NCBI GenBank assembly: GCA_042219045.1
Contig: JBDGQO010000103.1
Coordinates: forward strand, 1-12,465
Direction of reading: 5' to 3'
DNA length: 12,465 nucleotides
Origin: Candidatus Bipolaricaulia bacterium
Lineage (GTDB): Bacteria; Bipolaricaulota; Bipolaricaulia; RBG-16-55-9
The notes beneath the pieces were generated by a model. The model did no database searches and was not told the origin of the DNA. It was given only the letters and a program-made list of their open reading frames with translations. This document shows, in pieces, positions 1 through 6,233 of this stretch (the first letter of the stretch is position 1; each line of letters starts with the position of its first letter). Made by a program: the position numbers and the translations under genes.

Positions 1-1295
1 GGCAATGGATCGAAGGGATCGGGATACTCCGGCTGCTCCCTCTCGGCCCTTGCGAAACGGATGTCCCACCGTCCGTAGCTGCATCCGAGGCTGTACGAGA
101 GCAACTGATGAACGGGCTGAACGGGATCAACAATATCTTGGAGTTCCTCGGCGTTCTCGCCAACGTCGGCATCTGAATCAGCTTCGCTCAGCGCACTCTG
201 ATCTCCATGGAGCGTAGTCATCAACCTCTCACGGTCTCGATCAGGGATGCCGTAGAGTTCAAAGGTCTGCTCATCGATCTCCCGTTCTATGGCAGTCAGC
301 CGTTGTTCCGAATCGCCTATCTCTCGGGTAAAGCGCTCCAGCCTTTCGGACGGGCAGGGACCTTGGGTTTGGAGTAGTGCCGGCAGAACGAAGCCATGCG
401 TCTGATGATTGGTCGAGGCGAACGCCATCTTTGTCCGGATCGCTTCGGCGACTTGCGCGTTAATTGTGGTCTGGTCGTCATGTGAGAATTGCGTGATGGG
501 GGTGGACTGAATCAGGCCAACCTCAAAGGACTGAGCCAATGACACGCGGGCCAACATCGCCTGGACAAAGGCGAAAAAGCCAAGGCTGTTGATAATAGCG
601 AGCAGGTTGACGAGTTCCTGGTAATCATCGCGTTCAAGAAAGATCGAAGGGCCTTTGTGCCCAAACACGCTTCCAGCTGGCATCGCTCGAAAGCTGAGCC
701 CATTCGTTCTCAGTGGCCACGTCAACCCAGGACGGAATAAGTATTCTCTCTCTGTCCTTTTCAGCTGCCATACATTCGAGTAGGGTTTCCCAGTCTCCGG
801 ATTCACTCGGTTCTTGATCTCCTCCCCGTCGTTCTCCCAGTTCACCACGAGATAGACGTCGGCGTAGTAGGGCGAGTACGCCCCGCCCTTGGCGAACGGC
901 ACCCAGCGCTTGCCCTGATACGTCCGCTCGCGGCACCAGGCTTGGAACGCGTCGAGGTCCTGGCGCCAGTCGGGGCCGTTGGCCCCGTCGAGGATTCGCT
1001 CCGGCGGCACCTCCCACCAGGCCCGAACGAAGCGGAAGTCATCCGCGGTGGCCAATCCCTGCTTGGCCGTGCGCCCCTCGCTCTCGAAGGGCGGCAGCTC
1101 CGTGAACAGGCGTCGAATGCGCTCGCTCACCCAATACGCGAAGGGCGAGCCGGGCACTTGCTCGAACGAGCTCGGATCGACGGCATGGACGGTGTCGTCG
1201 TCAGTCCGGCCTTGGCGAACGGCTTCGATGGAGGCCCGCAGGGCTTCGGGTTGATCGTCCTCGCCCAGCAGGCGCAGGAAGACGCTCTCGCTCAT
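1..1295 (-). CDS. C-terminal (target-recognition/specificity) half of a split PglX/Eco57I-like restriction-modification methyltransferase; 3' end runs off the window
   Basis: Not in the ORF track. Manual translation from ATG 1295-1293 is stop-free to the window edge (>430 codons): MSESVFLRLLGEDDQ...VDPSSFEQVPGSPFAYWVS...AKQGLATADDFRFVRAWWEV...RWVPFAKGGAYSPYYADVYLVVNWENDGEEIK...YLFRPGLTW...EIDEQTFELYGI...LLSYSLGCSYGRWD...PDPFDPL. These motifs are typical of the C-terminal half of PglX-like enzymes. A GGGGAG RBS lies at 1305-1310, and the start overlaps the Fic stop (ATGA). Confidence 0.85.
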   Translation of the reverse strand, partial: MSESVFLRLLGEDDQPEALRASIEAVRQGRTDDDTVHAVDPSSFEQVPGSPFAYWVSERIRRLFTELPPFESEGRTAKQGLATADDFRFVRAWWEVPPERILDGANGPDWRQDLDAFQAWCRERTYQGKRWVPFAKGGAYSPYYADVYLVVNWENDGEEIKNRVNPETGKPYSNVWQLKRTEREYLFRPGLTWPLRTNGLSFRAMPAGSVFGHKGPSIFLERDDYQELVNLLAIINSLGFFAFVQAMLARVSLAQSFEVGLIQSTPITQFSHDDQTTINAQVAEAIRTKMAFASTNHQTHGFVLPALLQTQGPCPSERLERFTREIGDSEQRLTAIEREIDEQTFELYGIPDRDRERLMTTLHGDQSALSEADSDADVGENAEELQDIVDPVQPVHQLLSYSLGCSYGRWDIRFARAEREQPEYPDPFDPL

Positions 1296-2494
1296 GGCGC
1301 ATCGCTCCCCGTGGTCTCGATCTCTTGGGAGACGGCCTCCTCGGTGGCCGGCAGTTGCGTGCTGGCCTCGAAGAGCGCCAGGTACGGATCGTAGCGGAAG
1401 CGCCGGTTCCGTTTCCCGCCGGTGATCTCGCTCAGCAGGCCCAGCGCGACGAACTGCTCCACGAGCTTGTTGGCCGTGGCGAAGGCGCAGTCGAGGTGCC
1501 TCTCGACCATGCGGACGGAGACGATGGGGACCTCGAAGAGATAGTCCAAGAGCGGCAACGCGTAGGCGTTGTTGCTGAGCGTCTCGCTCACCGTGGCGCG
1601 ATGGCGCTCGCGCAGCTCCAGGATCGCTCGGGCGGTCTCGGTCGCCGCGTCGCTCACCTCGGCCACGCCGCGCAGGAAGAACCTGAGCCAGCCCTCCCAG
1701 TCGCCGTCGTGGCGGATCGCGGTCAGTCGATCGTAGTACTGGGCGCGGTGGGCCTTGAAGTAGTGGCTGAGATAGAGCAGCGGCCGTTGGAGGACGCCGC
1801 GTTGGCACAGCAGCAGGGTAATGAGCAGCCGGCCGACGCGCCCATTGCCGTCCAAGAAGGGATGGATCGTCTCGAACTGGGCGTGCGCCAGGCCGCAGTG
1901 GACGAGGATCGGGTAGCGCGAGTCGTCGTGCAGGAACTTCTCCAGGTTGTCCAGGGCGTCGTGCATCTCGCCGACGGGCGGGGGCACGAACGACGCGGTG
2001 CCCAGGGTGCAGCCCTCGGGGCCGAGCCAGTTCTGGCTGCGGCGGAACTCGCCCGGCGTGCGCTCCTCGCCGCGGACGCCCTCCAGGAGCTGGCCGTGGA
2101 TCTCCCGGATCAGCCGGAGGCTGAGCGGGAACTCGTCCAATCGGCGCAGGCCGTGATTCATGGCGCGGACGTAGTTGACGACCTCTTCGACGTCTTGCGG
2201 CGTGTCGCGGTACTGGGGATCGGCCTCGTAGGCGAGCACGTCCTCCAGGGTGCTCTGGGTCCCCTCGATCTGCGAGCTGAGCACCGCCTCCTGGCGCACA
2301 TACATGGCGACAAACAGGTCGGGGTTGGGCAGAATGGAGGCGACGCCGTCGAGCCGACCGAGCGCCCGATCGGCGTCGGAGAGGAGCTGGGTGAGCTCGG
2401 CGTCGTATTGGACGTCGGGGTCGGGCGGCAACGGCGCCGGGATGAAGGCGCGGTACCCCTCAAGCTGTTTCACGTATCGGCCGCTGCGTGTCAT
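1292..2494 (-). CDS. Fic/DOC family protein (Fic_N + Fic catalytic domain + probable C-terminal HTH), 400 aa
   Basis: Canonical catalytic motif HPFLDGNGRVGR; N-terminal inhibitory-type motif SSQIEG; typical start GYRAFIPAPLPP and C-terminal LLSEITGGKRNRRFRY. Start set at ATG 2494, preceded by GGGAG (2499-2503), rather than the track's 3208. Confidence 0.93.
   Translation of the reverse strand: MTRSGRYVKQLEGYRAFIPAPLPPDPDVQYDAELTQLLSDADRALGRLDGVASILPNPDLFVAMYVRQEAVLSSQIEGTQSTLEDVLAYEADPQYRDTPQDVEEVVNYVRAMNHGLRRLDEFPLSLRLIREIHGQLLEGVRGEERTPGEFRRSQNWLGPEGCTLGTASFVPPPVGEMHDALDNLEKFLHDDSRYPILVHCGLAHAQFETIHPFLDGNGRVGRLLITLLLCQRGVLQRPLLYLSHYFKAHRAQYYDRLTAIRHDGDWEGWLRFFLRGVAEVSDAATETARAILELRERHRATVSETLSNNAYALPLLDYLFEVPIVSVRMVERHLDCAFATANKLVEQFVALGLLSEITGGKRNRRFRYDPYLALFEASTQLPATEEAVSQEIETTGSDAP
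1294..1300. repeat. Left copy of 7-bp direct repeat ATGGCGC flanking the Fic cassette
   Basis: Identical to 2641-2647; overlaps the start codon of the C-terminal methyltransferase half. Confidence 0.5.
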
Positions 2495-2536
2495 GTCGCT
2501 CCCTGTAGCTGGCCCCAATGTTGCCTCGCGACAACA

Positions 2537-2554
2537 AGCCGCCGCGCGGCGGCT
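2537..2554. repeat. Perfect 18-bp palindrome AGCCGCCGCGCGGCGGCT in the fic leader (hairpin, operator or terminator candidate)
   Basis: Self-reverse-complementary; followed on the minus strand by TGTTGT. Function is inferred only. Confidence 0.6.
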
Positions 2555-2558
2555 CGTT

Positions 2559-2588
2559 ATTTTAGCAGATGGGTATATGTTAAAACAA
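2559..2588 (-). promoter_or_regulatory. Putative sigma70 promoter for fic (extended -10 TGcTAAAAT; -35 TTGTTT)
   Basis: An AT-rich island in GC-rich DNA. The minus strand reads TTGTTT (2588-2583), 18 nt, then TAAAAT (2564-2559) with a TGn extension. Confidence 0.55.
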
Positions 2589-2620
2589 GAGGCCCGTGGC
2601 CGTTGCGGTATGACGCGCGG

Positions 2621-2643
2621 CGACAACAATGACGACAACAATG
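2621..2643. repeat. Tandem direct repeat CGACAACAATG x2, with a third CGACAACAA at 2529-2537
   Basis: Copies at 2621-2631 and 2633-2643; the 9-bp core recurs at 2529-2537, bracketing the putative promoter. Confidence 0.6.
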
Positions 2644-2647
2644 GCGC
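2641..2647. repeat. Right copy of 7-bp direct repeat ATGGCGC flanking the Fic cassette
   Basis: Identical to 1294-1300; lies 2 nt after the stop codon (2650-2652) of the catalytic half. Confidence 0.5.
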
Positions 2648-2649
2648 CC

Positions 2650-4160
2650 TCACGGTTTGGCCAGGCAATATGCGGCCGTCTCCACCATGGCCGTGTCCAG
2701 CACGCCGTAGCCCAGATCGGCCACCACGGTCGGATGGGCCTCGCCCAGCAGGATCTCCTCGCGCCACTTCTGGAACGAGGAGAGGAAGAACCCCGTGCGT
2801 GAGGTGATCGCGCCCAACAGGCCGCCCGGCTGAAGCCAGCCCAGGCCGCGCTCCACGAACGCCGCGTAGACGTCGTTCTTGGTCCGCGGATAGGTCTTGT
2901 CGACGTAGGCCTTGGAGGGCTTGCTCGGCTTGCCGAAGGGCGGATTCATCAGGACGACGTCGTACGACCGGCGGCAGAGGTCGATGAACGCGAACCCTTG
3001 GAGGGCGTCCTCGGCAAAGAGCCGGCGCTGATAGTCGCGGCCGTTGGTGGCGTGTTCGATGTAGTCGCGCAGCGCGACGTCGACGATGCGCTCGGCTTGC
3101 GTCCAGAAGCTGTTCACGTCTTCGGGGATAAAGCGATAGTAGTGCTCCTTGGGCTGTTCCGTCAGGCTCAGCTCGGTCATGCGCAACAGCGGCAGTTGCT
3201 CCTCCCACTCGCGGCGGCCGTCGTCGATGGCCGCTTGCAGGGCCTCGTCCACCTTGAGCAGGCTGCCGGCCTCGCTGACCAGCTCCATCTGCCCCCAGAC
3301 GGTGCGCACCAGGTTGCGCAGGCTCTCCGCCATCGTCGCCGTCACCTGAGGGGCTTGATCGGGGGCCAGCTCGAGCGCGTCGCTGACGAGCGCGCGCAGG
3401 CGGTCGCCGTCGAGCGTCTGGAGGAACTCCTCGAGCATCGAGGTCTCGCCCGGCATGGGCTCGGCGCAGACGACGTTGGCCCGGCGGATCGGAGGGCGGT
3501 CGTCGCGCGGGATCTCCCGTTCCGCGAAGAAGCGTTGGGCGCGTAGCCAGAGTGCCAGCCCGGCGATCTGGGTGGCCCGCAGGTCGATGTCGATCCCGTG
3601 CAGGTTGTGGCGCAGGATCAGCTGCGGAACCGCCCTTTCAAATGCCTCGTAGCTGCCGTACTCGGCCTGTAGGTCGGGCCCCAGGTCGGCATCGGCGTAG
3701 GCCTCCTCGTAGATCCGTTCCAGGAGGTCGAAGCAGTAGAGCAGGAAGTGGCCGCTGCTGCAGGCGGGATCGAGCACCCTGATCTCGCGCGGGTCCTTCT
3801 TGGGGCGATGGGGGACGTAGACGGGCGGCTCGTCGGCATTGGCGGTGTTGCTGTCCGGCTGATCGGACGTCACGTCACCGGGTGCCAGAAAGACCTCGTT
3901 CGGCCGGTAGACGAGATACGGGCAAGCGTCGATCAGCTCGGTCTGGCCACGGCGCATCTCGTACCAGAGCCGACCGAGCGTGTTCTCGGTCAAAAACCGC
4001 ACCACATAGCGAGGGGTGTAGAACTGGTTGCGGAACGCCAGCTCATAGGCGTTCCGTGGCGCCGAGCTCTCACTGCGAGCCCGCTCGCGCAGCTCCTTCG
4101 GCGTGAAGTACTGATAGACCCAGCCGATCGTCTCGTCTTGGTCCCAGACCGAGACGAGCT
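2650..4160 (-). pseudogene. 5'-truncated catalytic half of a PglX/Eco57I-like N6-adenine DNA methyltransferase
   Basis: Motifs WDQDETIGWVYQYF, NQFYTPRYVV, ENTLGRLW, motif I VLDPACSSGHFL (usually DPACGSG), LHGIDID and motif IV VVLMNPPFG (NPPF 2935-2946); ends AMVETAAYCLAKP*. Homology begins abruptly at ~4160, and the track's extension to 4311 is antisense hypF. Confidence 0.85.
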
Positions 4161-4926
4161 TTTCACCATCACCGACGAGGGCTACGAGCGCGTCGCGCAC
4201 CTGCGGACGTTCCCGTTGCCGGGTGGCCATCGGGCCATCAAGGAGCCGCGCCGCTCCGCGCTCGGGCTGCTGTACGAGCGCTTCGGCGACGACGCCTTCG
4301 AGATGGACCATCTTGCCCCGATCCGCAGCTTCACCTCGTCAGAGCTCAAGGTCCTGAAACAGTCATTGAAACAGGGGATCAACGCGCCGCGGACGTCGAG
4401 CGTCGGACGGCTCTTTGATGCCGTCGCGTCGCTGTGTGACCTGCGACAGACGATTGATTTTGAAGGCGAGGCGGCGATGGCGTTGGAGTTTGCTCTAGAT
4501 GGGAGCGAGGCCCACTCGCCCGATAACAAAGGGCTCCACATCACTTCGGGTGAGGAAGAGCGACCGTGGACACTCGACTGGGCCCCAATCCTCGATGCGG
4601 TCCTTGCAGACCTCAACGAAAACACGGCGACCGCAGGGACCTCCGCCCGTTTCCACGACGCGTTGGCGACCGCCGTATGCGCTCTTGCGGAACGTGCGCA
4701 GGCTCCAACCGTGGTGCTGACAGGCGGTTGTTTCCAGAATCCGTCGTTGCAGCGGCTGGCGGAGCGGCGTCTGCGCCCATCGTCGATTCAAGTGTATGGA
4801 CACGGACGGACCCCATCCAACGACGGCGGCGTTGCGCTCGGCCAGCTCATCTCGACAAGCGTCGACCGTCAGGCGGGCAATCCGGGGGAGTCAGGGTCGA
4901 CGTCGCGCCGTGCGCCCCGAGGCTGA
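4156..4926 (+). pseudogene. hypF: 3' fragment of hydrogenase maturation carbamoyltransferase HypF (C-terminal Kae1-like region)
   Basis: ELF...YERVAHLRTFPLPGG..AIKEPRRSALGLL, TSSVGRLFDAVASL, FEGEAAMALE, SARFHDALA, VVLTGGCFQN and PSNDGGVALGQ are HypF C-terminal signatures. The preceding DGTIWGG and all N-terminal domains (acylphosphatase-like, Zn fingers, YrdC-like) are absent. Confidence 0.9.
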
Positions 4927-4982
4927 TCCAGATCATACTGGGTCCTTGTGCCGGCGACGCGGTCCGCTAAACTGGAAGTAGG

Positions 4983-5546
4983 GTGCGATCGTCCGTGCAA
5001 CGACTGCGCAGCCTCAAGCCCGAGATCGTCCTAATCGTCCTTGTCTTCGCCGCCGTGTGGGCGTTCGGCGCCTATCAGGCCGTCGTCACTCCGCCCGCTC
5101 CAGGCGACGAGACGAGAGCGGAGCTCGACCTGAGCGGCCGCTCCAACGTCGTGGTGTTGAAGCAGGCCCAGTACGACTTCCTCAAGGAGACGTCCAACCC
5201 GCAACTGGAGACCGGCTGGTGCATCCTCGGACGTCGCGCCAAGAACGACATCTATCGGGTTGATGATATCGCCATGGCCGACATGCTCGACCGCAGCCGC
5301 GGCCACATCCGCATGCGCTGCGGGTCGTCCGATGCGATGCTCGGCCACATCCATTCCCATCCCGTGTCGAACATCCCCATGCCCTCGCAGCAGGACGTGC
5401 GAAGCTACTTCCAATCAGAGGACGTTCCCGATCGCTACATCGAAGGGATCTTTACCGCCCGAGACCATGAACTGCGCTTCTACCGCCAGATCGGCGAGCG
5501 GAAGGCGCTCTCGCTCATGGATCTCGAGCTCATCGAGGCCGAGTAA
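4983..5546 (+). CDS. Membrane-anchored JAB/MPN+ (JAMM-motif) metalloprotease-like protein
   Basis: Basic N-terminus, then hydrophobic IVLIVLVFAAVWAFGAY; Glu in LETGWCILG (5208) and HSHPVSNIPMPSQQD (5352-5396) match E-xn-HxH-x7/8-S-xx-D. The start may instead be GTG 4995. Confidence 0.75.
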   Translation: MRSSVQRLRSLKPEIVLIVLVFAAVWAFGAYQAVVTPPAPGDETRAELDLSGRSNVVVLKQAQYDFLKETSNPQLETGWCILGRRAKNDIYRVDDIAMADMLDRSRGHIRMRCGSSDAMLGHIHSHPVSNIPMPSQQDVRSYFQSEDVPDRYIEGIFTARDHELRFYRQIGERKALSLMDLELIEAE

Positions 5547-6117
5547 CCTCTCACCGCCGGTTTAACCCAGGCAACCTAGGACGTGGACGCCGGCAACCTC
5601 ATGCAGGCAACCCCAACCGCGAGGTCGCCTTCTTCGCCATGGACTCGACGGCCCCCTGCCAACGCGATGGGGGACCCGTCAAACCGATCACTTGGACGAC
5701 GGGCGATCGCGAGTGGCGATGCCCGACGCCCGCTCGGTCCGCCCCGACGTCAGTCCCTCGGCTCATAACCTACTGATCACCGCGAGAGTCCGGTCAAGCC
5801 AGTGGCTGTCGGCTGAGCTAACGTGGCGACCATCGGTTGAGCCGGCTTGGGCGGCGGTCTCTAATGCGCCAGGCGGATCACATCATCCTGCGCCGGTGGC
5901 GCGCCATCGATGAGATCCCGCAGAGCGTCCTCGGCCTGCCATCCGCCTTCCACCCTATCGAGCCTCTTCCGCTTGCGGCCTTTCCGTATGCCGGCGCCAT
6001 GATGAAACAGATCTTTCGACAAGCGATCCCGCGCTGGTTCCTCTCGCGAACGGTCGAGCGTATTTCCGCACTCAGTATCGGTCAGCTCGGGAGACGTCAG
6101 GCATGGCCCACGACGGT

Positions 6118-6131
6118 GATATGATCATATC
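6118..6131. promoter_or_regulatory. Perfect 14-bp palindrome GATATGATCATATC upstream of the cohesin-dockerin gene (operator candidate)
   Basis: Self-reverse-complementary and AT-rich, ~100 nt upstream of ATG 6234. A second inverted repeat TCGATG-N9-CATCGA lies at 6158-6178. Confidence 0.45.
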
Positions 6132-6233
6132 GAGCCCTACTGTGTCTAGGTGGTCGTTCGATGATAGGTGTCCATCGAGCGCTGGGTTTATGTCCCCGCA
6201 GTTTATCAACACGTCAGATACGCTTTGAAAGTC

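Noticed and set aside
2495..3208. 238-aa N-terminal extension of the Fic ORF in the track (apparent 638-aa protein)
   Set aside because: It overlaps the methyltransferase gene in another frame and crosses the promoter region, and it is Arg/Gly/Pro-rich noise. A good RBS and family-typical start exist at 2494.
942..3546. Long plus-strand ORFs 942-1394, 1325-2632 and 2998-3546
   Set aside because: These are antisense shadow ORFs of real minus-strand genes, common in high-GC DNA, with no motifs.
3748..4155. N-terminal part of the 392-aa plus-strand ORF as a novel HypF fusion
   Set aside because: It is the antisense shadow of the methyltransferase, in codon register, with no credible start signals.
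4161..4311. N-terminal start of the methyltransferase ORF (MVHLEG...)
   Set aside because: This is the antisense strand of the hypF fragment, with no methyltransferase-like sequence.
5837..6124. 95-aa intergenic ORF, plus an open minus-strand frame over the same DNA
   Set aside because: No recognisable motif or RBS in either; a small gene or remnant cannot be excluded but is unsupported.
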